The notes below the pieces were generated by a model that had not been told where the DNA came from, searched no databases, and saw only the letters and a program-made list of their open reading frames with translations. A stretch of 64,000 nt of DNA from an uncultured Acidimicrobiia bacterium. GTDB lineage: Bacteria > Actinomycetota > Acidimicrobiia > Spongiisociales > UBA5794. The stretch spans positions 847,757 to 911,756 of the forward strand of contig OY970200.1 of assembly GCA_963708235.1 (NCBI GenBank), written 5' to 3'. This document shows, piece after piece, positions 20,023-28,720 of this stretch. The position numbers and the translations under genes were made by a program. The first letter of the stretch is position 1. Each line of letters opens with the position of its first letter.

Positions 20023-21120
20023 GTGTCCAAGAAGTTCGCCTTTCTCGTCCATCCCCGAGCCAACGTCGCCGAGGACCTGGCTCGTGTGTGGAAGCCGCTC
20101 GGCCTGGTGCCCAACCGGGCCTACGACTGGGCGCTTCAGCGCTTCCCGGTGCCGCCGGTCAACGTCGGCCCCGTGTACCGCAAGGACGAGCCGGACGAGC
20201 CGGCCGGCTGGATCATCATGGTTCCGGTCGGCGCCCGTCAGCTCCTGACGTCCCGTCGCCGGTGGAGCATCGCCAAGATCGAGGAGGCGATCGACAAGGC
20301 GGAACGCCTCGGCGCCGAGGTGGTCGGTCTCGGGGCGCTCACCGCTTCGGTGACCGGGGGCGGCAAGCTGCTCCGTCACCGCCCCAACCTGTCGATCACC
20401 AACGGCAACGCCTTCACCGCCAAGCTCACCTACGAGGGGATCCTCCGTCTGGTGGCGGCATCCGGGTCCGCCACCCCGCACATCGCCTTTGTCGGGGCCA
20501 CCGGCAGCGTCGGTAGTTGCGTCGTCGACCTGGCCGCCGCCGATGGCTTCCCCGGCGAGGTGACGCTTGTCGCCCGCCATCAGGGACGTCTCGACCGACT
20601 TGCAGAGCGCACCCGGCTCGCCTCGCCCGGCACGAGCGTCCACGTCTCCACCGACATGGCGGCCGTCCGCAATGCCGATCTGGTCGTTCTCCTCACCAGC
20701 GCCGCCGAGGCGATCCTCGGTCCGGAACACCTCAAGCTGGGTGCCGTGGTGCTCGACGACACCCAGCCCCGTAACACCGCACCGTCACTGCTGGAGCTAC
20801 GGCCGGATGTCACCGTCATCGATGGGGGAATGGCGGTCGTCGACGGGTTCGACATCGCCGCCGACATCGGTGACATCCCGACCGGGTACGCCTATGCCTG
20901 TCTGTGCGAGACGATGCTGCTGGCGTTGGACGGCCACCAGGGCAATTTCAGTGTCGGACATCCGACGGTCGCCCAGGCGCTGCACATGCAGCGGCTCGCC
21001 GATCGGTTCGGCGCCCTGGGATTCACCCTCGGCGACTTCCTCTCCTTTGGCCGGCCCGCACCTGGGCCGGTCACGATGCGAACCGTGCCCACAGCGGCCG
21101 CCCTGGCGAGGGCGTCCTGA
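20023..21120 (+). CDS. Acyl-ACP reductase (AAR)-like, shikimate/quinate-dehydrogenase-fold NAD(P) oxidoreductase.
   Basis: Motif order FAFLVHP...LGALTASV...TNGNAFTA...IAFVGATGSVGS parallels cyanobacterial AAR (FGLIGHL...LGGFSSIV...TTGNTHTA...VAVCGATGDIGS). Stop 21120 is 1 nt before the next ATG. Confidence 0.5.
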   Translation: MSKKFAFLVHPRANVAEDLARVWKPLGLVPNRAYDWALQRFPVPPVNVGPVYRKDEPDEPAGWIIMVPVGARQLLTSRRRWSIAKIEEAIDKAERLGAEVVGLGALTASVTGGGKLLRHRPNLSITNGNAFTAKLTYEGILRLVAASGSATPHIAFVGATGSVGSCVVDLAAADGFPGEVTLVARHQGRLDRLAERTRLASPGTSVHVSTDMAAVRNADLVVLLTSAAEAILGPEHLKLGAVVLDDTQPRNTAPSLLELRPDVTVIDGGMAVVDGFDIAADIGDIPTGYAYACLCETMLLALDGHQGNFSVGHPTVAQALHMQRLADRFGALGFTLGDFLSFGRPAPGPVTMRTVPTAAALARAS

Positions 21121-21121
21121 G

Positions 21122-22453
21122 ATGGCACATTCCACTGGCAAACCGACTGAGATCGTGATCCTCGGCGGTGGATATACCGCTGTATGGGGCTACCGATCCA
21201 TCGTTCGGCGGCTCCGCCACGAACTGGCCACCGGCACGGTTCGCATCACGGTCATCTCCGCAAGCCGGCACCATGCCTTCCACGGCTGGACCGGTGAGGT
21301 GCTCAACGGACTGGTGCGCTACGACCGCACCCGCACCCCGCTCGCAAAGCTGATGAAACGGGCTCACATCATCAACGGGTGGGTCGAGGGCATCGATCTG
21401 GACGCCCGGGCGGTGCGCTACGCCGCGGCGGACGGTGCGGCCACGGTGCGCTTCGACCACCTGCTCGTCGGTGTGGGGTCGCACGACGCCTCCGACCGCA
21501 TCCCCGGACTCGCCGAGCACGGGTGGTCGGTCAAGACGGACGACGGACTGCTCGACACCCGTGATCACCTTGCCTCGGTGCTGGAACGGGCCACATCGAC
21601 CACCGATCCCGGCGAGCGGCGGCGACTTCTCTCGTTCGTGGTCGCTGGTGGGGGCTTCGCCGGTGCGGAGATGGCGGCGGCCATCGCCGAGTACCTGCAG
21701 CGGCAGGTCCGACACCACCCGGTGTTGGAGACGTGCCCGGCGCAGGTGACGTTGATCCACGGCGGCCCGGCCCTGCTCCCCGAGATGCGCCCCCGATTCG
21801 ACCGATTCGCCGACTATGCCACCCGCCAACTCGCCGACCATGGCGTCGCTGTCCGGTTGGGTGTCCGGCTCGAGCGGGTGACCGCTGCAGGTGCGACCCT
21901 CGACAACGGAGCGGTTGTCCCGGCGGCGACGGTGCTGTCGACCATCGGGCAGACCCAGGTGCCGCTGGCAGGGACCGAACGGCTCACCAGGGACGCCACC
22001 GGCAGGATCGTCGGCGACACCTACCTGCGGACCTCGCACCCGAACGTGTGGGCAGGCGGCGATGCGGCGGCGGTACCTCACGTCCTGTCGGGTGAGGCCT
22101 GTCCGCCGAATGCCCTGTGGGCGATCAAGCACGGGGTGCGGGTCGGCGACAACATCGCCCGCACCATCACCGGGCGCCGGTTGCGCCGTTTCCGCTTTCT
22201 CGGGTTGGGGCAGGCCGCCAGTTTCGGTGTGGGGAAAGGCGCCGGAGAGCTCTACGGGATTCAGCTCACCGGCTGGTTGGGCTGGCTGGTGCGGTGGGGG
22301 TTCTTCCACTGGTTCATGCCATCGCGAGGCGCCGCCATCGCCACCATCAGCGAGTGGCTGGCCATCCCCCTGCGCGGACGCTACTTCGACGACGAGATCG
22401 AGGTGGAGCCGGCCGATGGCCGGGCCGGGTCGGTCCGTATCGTCGCTGCCTGA
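21122..22453 (+). CDS. Type II NADH dehydrogenase-like FAD/NAD(P)-binding pyridine nucleotide-disulfide oxidoreductase.
   Basis: IVILGGGYTAV (FAD GxGxxG)...VVAGGGFAGAEMAA (NAD GxGxxG)...VWAGGDAA, with a C-terminal amphipathic membrane-anchor region typical of NDH-2. Confidence 0.75.
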   Translation: MAHSTGKPTEIVILGGGYTAVWGYRSIVRRLRHELATGTVRITVISASRHHAFHGWTGEVLNGLVRYDRTRTPLAKLMKRAHIINGWVEGIDLDARAVRYAAADGAATVRFDHLLVGVGSHDASDRIPGLAEHGWSVKTDDGLLDTRDHLASVLERATSTTDPGERRRLLSFVVAGGGFAGAEMAAAIAEYLQRQVRHHPVLETCPAQVTLIHGGPALLPEMRPRFDRFADYATRQLADHGVAVRLGVRLERVTAAGATLDNGAVVPAATVLSTIGQTQVPLAGTERLTRDATGRIVGDTYLRTSHPNVWAGGDAAAVPHVLSGEACPPNALWAIKHGVRVGDNIARTITGRRLRRFRFLGLGQAASFGVGKGAGELYGIQLTGWLGWLVRWGFFHWFMPSRGAAIATISEWLAIPLRGRYFDDEIEVEPADGRAGSVRIVAA

Positions 22454-22477
22454 CCCCGCCATGACCGGCCGGAGGAT

Positions 22478-22648
22478 TCATTTCGGGAAGGGTTTACCGG
22501 GTGGACCGTCATCGCCGACCTTGCGCATCTTGATCTGTCGGATCAGGACGGCCGCCCGCTGGTAGTCGGCGAGTGCGGCCTCGCTGTGCCCGCGGCTGGT
22601 GGCGGCAACGCCACCGATGATCTCGATCGGTGCGGAGCGGTCGTTCAT
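22478..22648 (-). CDS. Small hypothetical ORF (56 aa) immediately 3' of the SIR2 gene and the poly-G tract.
   Basis: MNDRSAPIEIIGGVAATSRGHSEAALADYQRAAVLIRQIKMRKVGDDGPPGKPFPK. No ribosome-binding-site spacer (GGAACGAGG directly abuts the ATG) and no recognisable family. May be spurious. Confidence 0.2.
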   Translation of the reverse strand: MNDRSAPIEIIGGVAATSRGHSEAALADYQRAAVLIRQIKMRKVGDDGPPGKPFPK

Positions 22649-22667
22649 CCTCGTTCCATCCTATCTC

Positions 22668-22692
22668 GGGGGGGGGGGGGGGGGGGGGGGGG
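22668..22692. repeat. 25-nt homopolymeric G tract (poly-C on the minus strand).
   Basis: Uninterrupted G25 read directly from the sequence. Intergenic, 19 nt 3' of the SIR2 gene stop and ~215 nt 3' of the convergent NDH-2 gene. Confidence 0.9.
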
Positions 22693-22711
22693 TCGGCGAT
22701 CCGCAGCCGGG

Positions 22712-24268
22712 TCATCGCCCGCCGTCGTCCAGCAGGAACAGCTCGGCCAGGGCGTGTTCGATCGAGGGCAGCGACACCTGGCGGAGTGCCGACAGCCGCT
22801 GGGCGAGGACACTGCGGGGCGCCGGTTCGGTCGAGGCAAGGGTGACCGACCCCACCGGGAGCCGGCCCCAGACGTCGCTCTCCACATACAGCGGGATGCC
22901 GACGACGTGGTTCCAACGGGACAGCGTCTGATGGGTGGTGGAGCGCGAAACCAGGCTGCCGGAGCAGAACGCCTGGACGGCGACGAAGTCGCTCTTCCAA
23001 CCGACCGGGACCGGAGCAAGGGTGCTCGGATCTCGCCACACCCGATCCGACGAAGCCCAGTTGGTGAGGCTCTCCGACCGTGGGTCGTAGATCCACAACG
23101 CCACCCCGAGACGCTCGTCGTTGCCGATCCCGTGGCCGTCGCCCGACAGATCTTTGCGCACCCCGTCCGCCAGCGCCGCCATGACGGCGTGGAGGGCATC
23201 CTGCACCCGTTCGAATTCCCCACGATCGGGGACGAACACGGTCTCGGAGATCCGGCGGCGCCACTCGTCCAGCCGGTCCGGAAACGGCCGGTAGGCGACG
23301 CCGGCGGCCCCGGTGCGGGTGTAGTGCACGATCTCGTGGAGGAGCTGGGCGCTCTGTGCGTAGAAGTCGGCCTGGACCGGTTCGACGCCGACCGCCTTCC
23401 ATCGAGACGTCGCGGTCAGCTCCCGGGCGGCGGCGACCGCCGGCGGAGTCGAGTCGTACAGCGACGACGACTGCTGGCGGACGAATACCGCCACGTGCAT
23501 GGTGGTGCCGTCGGCCCGGTACAGGTAGCGCAGCAGGTTGGGGTCGGTGAGGCTCATCCCGACGAACAGACAGGTCGATGCGGAGAGCCGGTCTGCGAAG
23601 AACTGCTCCTGCCAGGTCTCCGGCTGCTGCATCCGGTGGTAGTCCTGCTCGGAGAGCACCACGGTGCCGCGCTCGCGGCCCCGAGGGGTGATGACCCCGT
23701 GGAGGTGGAGCACCGATCTCCTCACGTCGCCGATCGAGTCCGGATGCACCATCCACGTTGCGGATCCACGCTTCAACCCGAGGGCCGCCGTCAGGGCCGA
23801 CTCGAGGACCAGGTCGTAGTTGGTCGTGGTGAGGCGGCTGCCGCTGTCCTCGGGTTTGGTGAGCAGCAGACTGGTCGCCGCCCGGGCGGTGGCCCCTGGC
23901 AGCGGGGTGAGTTGCTGTTCGTAGAGCGCCGTGTGCAGTGCCGGCACGAACCCGTCCCGGAGGGCTGCCTTGACCACGGCGGCGGCCCCGGTCAGCGAGT
24001 CGCCCCGGATCGTCCAATCGGCGAACTGGTCGCAATCGTCGCCGGCGAGTCCATGGTGGCGAGCTACCTGGACCAGCAACCGCCGGACCAGGGTGTCCCA
24101 GTTGGGGAACCCGACTTCGATCGAGCTGCCGGCTCCCACCACGAGCGTCATCTCCCGTGCCTCGGCCAGGCGTGCGATGAGCTGCTGCACCCCGTCGGTG
24201 CGAAAGAAGTCGCACAGGCCGCGTCTCCCCGTCTCGGTTCCGGTGTCCGGTCGTCCAGTCTCGGTCAT
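22712..24268 (-). CDS. Stand-alone ThsA-like SIR2 (SIR2_2/DHS-like NAD-binding) protein with a C-terminal GAF-like sensor domain. Candidate NAD+-depleting defense effector.
   Basis: 518 aa from MTETGRPD (M263 of ORF 22712..25054). The motif order VVGAGSSIEVGFPNW...TTNYDLVLE...VLHLHGVI...LSEQDYHRM...LFVGMSLTDPNLLRYL matches B. cereus ThsA (FAGAGLSMSVGYVSW...TTNYDRLIE...KMHGDV...FLFVGFSFTDPNL). The C-terminal ~230 aa (LHAVMAALADGV...GVALWIYDPRSESL...HVVGIPLYVESDVWGRLPVGSVTLAST...IEHALAELFLL) has a GAF-like alpha/beta pattern rather than a SLOG pattern. Confidence 0.75.
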   Translation of the reverse strand: MTETGRPDTGTETGRRGLCDFFRTDGVQQLIARLAEAREMTLVVGAGSSIEVGFPNWDTLVRRLLVQVARHHGLAGDDCDQFADWTIRGDSLTGAAAVVKAALRDGFVPALHTALYEQQLTPLPGATARAATSLLLTKPEDSGSRLTTTNYDLVLESALTAALGLKRGSATWMVHPDSIGDVRRSVLHLHGVITPRGRERGTVVLSEQDYHRMQQPETWQEQFFADRLSASTCLFVGMSLTDPNLLRYLYRADGTTMHVAVFVRQQSSSLYDSTPPAVAAARELTATSRWKAVGVEPVQADFYAQSAQLLHEIVHYTRTGAAGVAYRPFPDRLDEWRRRISETVFVPDRGEFERVQDALHAVMAALADGVRKDLSGDGHGIGNDERLGVALWIYDPRSESLTNWASSDRVWRDPSTLAPVPVGWKSDFVAVQAFCSGSLVSRSTTHQTLSRWNHVVGIPLYVESDVWGRLPVGSVTLASTEPAPRSVLAQRLSALRQVSLPSIEHALAELFLLDDGGR

Positions 24269-24361
24269 GTGTTCATCTCTCCCTGACCGGAGTGTCCCAG
24301 CCCGGTGTGACACAAACGGGCGATGAGTGGCCGGGTCCGTCGAGGTGCCAGACTTCCGCAG

Positions 24362-25208
24362 ATGAGCGACGCCCTCCCCGACTCCATCCCCACCGTCATC
24401 GTGTCGCGCCGGGTCCGTCCGGGGTCCGAGAAGGAGTTCGAGCGCTGGAACAACCGGCTCCGCTCCGCTGCCGAGAAGTTCCCCGGCCATGTCGGATCCG
24501 AGACCCAACCGCCGAATGCCGCCCATCCCGAGGACTGGGTCGTCCTCTACCGCTTCGCCACCGTGGAGGAGCTCGACCGCTGGCTCACGTCGCCCGAGCG
24601 CACCGCACTGATGGCCGAGGGGGCGCCGTTCGTCGAGGGACCGGTCAGCGAGCAGCGGATGATGGAGCCGGTTCACCGCGACCAGGCAGTCACCGCCGTG
24701 ATGTCGCAGCGGGCACGGCCCGGGGCCGATGCAGAGCTCCCGACGCTTCCACCGTGACGTGACCGCCGTGATGTCCGACTTCCCGGGCTTCCTCCGCTCC
24801 GACCTGCTCGATCCGGTGCCGGGAGCCCAGGCGGACCACGTCATCGTGTTCTCGTTTGCGTCGCGGGCCGACCTCGACAACTGGCTGGACTCGGAGGAAC
24901 GCCGCAGCATGCTCGACCGCATCGGCCCGCTCATCGAGGGCGAGCGCACCTTCAACGTGGTTGGTGGATTCGCCGGATGGTTCGGGCCCAACGACGCCGG
25001 GGGACCGGTCGCCTGGAAACAGGCAGTGGTGGTGTTGGTCGCCCTGTTCCCCACCAGCGTGTCGCTGCGCTACCTCCAGCTCCAGATCGTCCCCGATCTT
25101 CCGTGGGTACTCGGTGTGTTCACCCTCAACGTCATCGCCATCGTCATCCTCAACTGGTTCCTGATGCCCCTGGTGACCGGCTGGTTCGGATCGTGGCTGC
25201 GCCGGTGA
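24362..25208 (+). CDS. Tandem ABM-like (antibiotic biosynthesis monooxygenase/Dabb fold) two-domain protein with a C-terminal TM helix. Apparent frameshift near nt 24735.
   Basis: Domain 1 is RPGSEKEFERWNNRLRSAAEKFPGHVGSE...WVVLYRFATVEELDRWLTSPER. Domain 2 is RPGADAE/RRFHRDVTAVMSDFPGFLRSD...HVIVFSFASRADLDNWLDSEER, split between ORF 24323..24757 and ORF 24729..25208. A single-base indel rejoins them. Divergent from the SIR2 gene. Confidence 0.5.
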
Positions 25209-25286
25209 GGCGATGGCGTTCCGTTTCGGGGCACCGCAACCGATGTGGTCCAATGGGGACGACGTGCCGAGACCGGAGGTGACCGT

Positions 25287-26204
25287 GTGAATCCGACCCT
25301 GCCTGCGCTCCCCCTCGACGAATGGGAACCGGCGAAGGACACCCTCCACCTCTGGTGCCAGATCGTCGGCAAGACCAAGCTGGCCCTGACCTCACGCCGC
25401 AACCACTGGTGGAACGTACCGCTCTACGTCTCGTCGCGTGGTCTCACCACCCGGCGGCTTCCGCTCAGCGCTCACAACCTCGAGATCGAAATCGATCTGG
25501 TCGACCATCGACTGGTCGCCCGCACCACCGAAGACGAGACCGGTTTCGCCCTGGGTGACGGGCTGTCGGTTGCGGAGTTCCACGGGCGGTTCTTCGTCGA
25601 GCTACGCCGGCTCGGCATCGAGGCGACGATCCTGCCGGTGCCTTTCGGGGTGCCGATGACCACCCCGTTCGCCGACGACCACGACCACGCCTCGTACGAT
25701 CCGGCGGCGTCGCGGCGGTTCCTCACCGCCCTGCAGTGGACCGCTGACGTCTTCGACGAGTTCGCCGGCTGGTCAACCGCAAAGACCAGCCCGGTGCACC
25801 TCTTCTGGCACAGCTTCGACCTCGCCGTCACCCGGTTCTCGGGTCGCCGCGCCCCGACCATCCCCGATGCCGATCCGGTGACGGCCGAGGCCTACTCCCA
25901 CGAGGTGGTGAGCTGCGGGTTCTGGGCGGGAGACCCCGGGACCCGCTTCCCCGCCTACTACGCCTACACCGCACCGGAACCGGCGGGCATCGCCGAGTTC
26001 CCGCTCCGACCCGACACGGCGGCGTGGGTGGGGGAGCGCGGTGGGCTCCTCGCCGTCCTCCCCTATGACGCCGTCCGCACGTCCGCTGATCCGAAGGGCG
26101 ACCTCCTCGACTTCCTTCACAGCTCCTACGAGGCCGGCGCCGCCTTCGGGGACTGGGACGTTGACGATCATGCCACCGTGTGGAGTCCTGTCCCGAAACC
26201 GTGA
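25287..26204 (+). CDS. Conserved hypothetical protein (DUF5996-like).
   Basis: GTG start with a GGAGGTGACC ribosome-binding site. The N-terminal NPTLPALPLDEWEPAKDTLHLWCQIVGK matches actinobacterial hypothetical proteins of this family. No catalytic motif recognised. Confidence 0.45.
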   Translation: MNPTLPALPLDEWEPAKDTLHLWCQIVGKTKLALTSRRNHWWNVPLYVSSRGLTTRRLPLSAHNLEIEIDLVDHRLVARTTEDETGFALGDGLSVAEFHGRFFVELRRLGIEATILPVPFGVPMTTPFADDHDHASYDPAASRRFLTALQWTADVFDEFAGWSTAKTSPVHLFWHSFDLAVTRFSGRRAPTIPDADPVTAEAYSHEVVSCGFWAGDPGTRFPAYYAYTAPEPAGIAEFPLRPDTAAWVGERGGLLAVLPYDAVRTSADPKGDLLDFLHSSYEAGAAFGDWDVDDHATVWSPVPKP

Positions 26205-26349
26205 GTCCCCCGCCGTCGTCCCCGATCCGGTCGGCCGACGACGGGAGGGGAAACCGGGTGGCAAGGCGGTTGACCGGACTGAGTCGTCCGACCTAGGCTC
26301 GAATGACCCCCCCGAACGGTGGGGCTCGTGAACCACGGAGGGAGAGACC

Positions 26350-28033
26350 GTGAAACCACCAGTACTCAAGGTGCACCAGCGATGGTCTTCGATGAGGGCA
26401 GCCGGCCGGGACGGGAAGGGACGGCGCTGGATGATCACGCCGCTGGTTCCCTTGCTGCTGGCGCTCGTCGTGGCCTTCGGCCCGGTCGCCGTCGTCGCCC
26501 AGGCGCCACCCGACACCACATGGGGTGATCCGGTCCTCGAAGCGCGGGTCACCTCGCAGATCGACATCGATCGCGCCGTCGATCACCTCCGGCACTTCAC
26601 CGATGTGATCGGTCCCCGGCTCGGCGGCACCCCGGCGGAGAATGCGGCCGCCCAGTACCTGAAGGCCGAGCCTCGAGAGTTATGGCTACGAGGTCACCCT
26701 CCAAGGATTCCCCGCCTCCAACAAGCTGGTGGGAACGATCGCCATCCCCGGCACCCGGGCCCTGCAGAGCGGCATCGCCACCAACGGTCGGATCACGGCG
26801 GGGACCTTCGTCCCCGGGGAGCTGGTCTGGGCCGGCACCGGGATGACCGTCGCCGAGTTCCCGGCGGACACCGCCGGGAAGATCGTCCTGATGGAGAACG
26901 CAACGACAAACGCCAACCGCAACATCCAGGTGGGCAATGCCGCCGACCTCGGCGCCGCCGGCGTCATCCTGTGGCGCACCCAGGCCACCCCCTTCGACCC
27001 GGCGCTGACCACGGTCCGGACGATTCCGGTGCTCGGTGTCGGTGGCGGGCAGGGGACCATCCTCAAGGATCGGATCGATGCCGGTCCGGTGACCGTCTCG
27101 GTCGACACCACGTCGTACACCGGGCTCACCGCCTACAACGTCCACGCCTCGAAGGCACCCACCGTGGGTGACGCCGAGAACGCACCCATCGTCATGGTCA
27201 GCGGTCACTACGACTCGGTGCGAGGTGCTCCCGGTGCCAATGACGACGGGTCGGGCACCATGCTCACCCTTGAACTGGCAAGGGTGTTCAAGGATCTCAA
27301 GTCGGACAAGGAACTGAGGTTCTCGTTCTGGGGTGCCGAGGAACAGGGTCTGATCGGGTCCAACTACTACGTCAACAATGCCCCCCAGGCAGAACTCGAC
27401 CGGTTCGTCGGGGTGTGGCAGAACGACATGGTGGCGACAAGCTGGGAACCGGCCAACCGCTACAACCTGCTCACCGTTCATGGTCTCCACAACACGGTGA
27501 CCCAGGCGGTTGCGGCCGTGGCGCCCCGGCTCGGTCACGAGGCGTTCATCCTCGGCCCCGTCGTACGCGGCGGGAGCGATCATGTGCCCTTCCACAACCG
27601 GGGGATCGCCGCCGCCAATCACAGCTGGCGACCGGCGAGCGGTCCCGGCAACCTGGAACCGGCGTACCACACACCTGAGGACACCATCGAGAACAACCTC
27701 AGCCCGGAGAGGTGGCGCGTCAGCATGGAGCTGATCGGTTCTGCGATCTACACCCAGGCGCAGACCGCCGAGGACGGATTCGACCTGCTCAGCGATGCGG
27801 TCGCCGATCTCGAACTCGACGCCTCACAGTGGAAGCTGGTCAGGTTCCTCGATCGGATCGAGCGGGAAATGGCCGTCGACGACACCGAAGAGGCGTGCCG
27901 TGCCACCGCCGCATACGGCGAAGAGGTGGACCGGCTCGCCGGGCTGCGTCCCGAGCGGGGGCCGCTGGACCCCGAGGTCGCCTACGACCTCCGTGCGTTC
28001 ACGCAGAACCTGTCGCTGACGCTCGGCTGCTGA
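26350..28033 (+). CDS. Secreted M28-family aminopeptidase with a PA domain. Apparent +1 frameshift near nt 26671.
   Basis: Signal peptide MITPLVPLLLALVVAFGPVAVVAQA. Continues in the other frame (ORF 26729..28033) as SYGYEVTLQGF...VGTIAIPGT...GHYDSVRGAPGANDDGSGT...FSFWGAEEQGLIGSNYYV. Removing the extra C in GCCGAG-C-CTCGAG restores AAQYLKAELESYGYEV. Confidence 0.7.
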
Positions 28034-28124
28034 GAACCGGTTCCGTCGCCCACGACGGACGCTCAGGGTGTGGCCCGGCCGTAGGCTGGGCCACACCCTT
28101 TTGCGTTGCGGTCGGGAGGTCACG

Positions 28125-28712
28125 ATGGACTGGAATCAGCAGCTGATCGAACAACTCGACTGGCACTGGGCGGCGCACCTCCGCCCCCGTCTCGACGGGC
28201 TCACCGACGACGAGTACCTGTGGGAACCGGTTCCGGGGTGCTGGAGTATCCGTCCCAGGGACGTGGCCTCGACCACCCACGCCGCCGGGGCCGGCGCATA
28301 CGTCATCGACTACGCGTTCCCCGAACCGGACCCGGCCCCGGTCACCACGATCGCCTGGCGGGTCGGTCACATCGCCATCGGCGTCCTCGGGATGCGGGCC
28401 GCCAACCACTTCGGTGAAGGCGGCGTCGACTATGCCACCACCGAGTGGTCACCGTCCGCCGCCGAGGGGCTGGCATTGCTCGACCGGCACTACGCCGCCT
28501 GGATCGGCGGGCTCCGGACCCTGGGGCCGGAAGACCTGGAGCGGCCCTGCGGTCCGCACGAGGGTGGCTACGCCGATGCGCCGTTCGCCGCCCTCATCCT
28601 CCATATCAGCCGTGAGGTCATCCATCACGGCTCCGAAATCGCCCTGTTGCGCGATCTGTACCAGTGGAGCGGCGCATCCCCGCACCCGCTCGGAACAGCC
28701 GCCGGATCGTGA
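28125..28712 (+). CDS. DinB/YfiT-like (DinB_2) four-helix-bundle metal-dependent protein.
   Basis: HWAAHLRPRLDGLTDDEY...AWRVGHIAIGV...HISREVIHHGSEIALLRD matches the DinB_2 His-triad pattern. GGGAGG ribosome-binding site. Confidence 0.6.
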   Translation: MDWNQQLIEQLDWHWAAHLRPRLDGLTDDEYLWEPVPGCWSIRPRDVASTTHAAGAGAYVIDYAFPEPDPAPVTTIAWRVGHIAIGVLGMRAANHFGEGGVDYATTEWSPSAAEGLALLDRHYAAWIGGLRTLGPEDLERPCGPHEGGYADAPFAALILHISREVIHHGSEIALLRDLYQWSGASPHPLGTAAGS

Positions 28713-28720
28713 CCGGCCGG

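Noticed and set aside
22509-24286. Alternative long ORFs (22509..24215 minus, 22586..24286 plus) overlapping the SIR2 gene, some reading through the homopolymer as poly-Gly or poly-Pro.
   Set aside because: Only the 22712..24268 frame carries SIR2 motifs. The others have Arg/Pro/Gly-rich composition typical of out-of-frame GC-rich translation.
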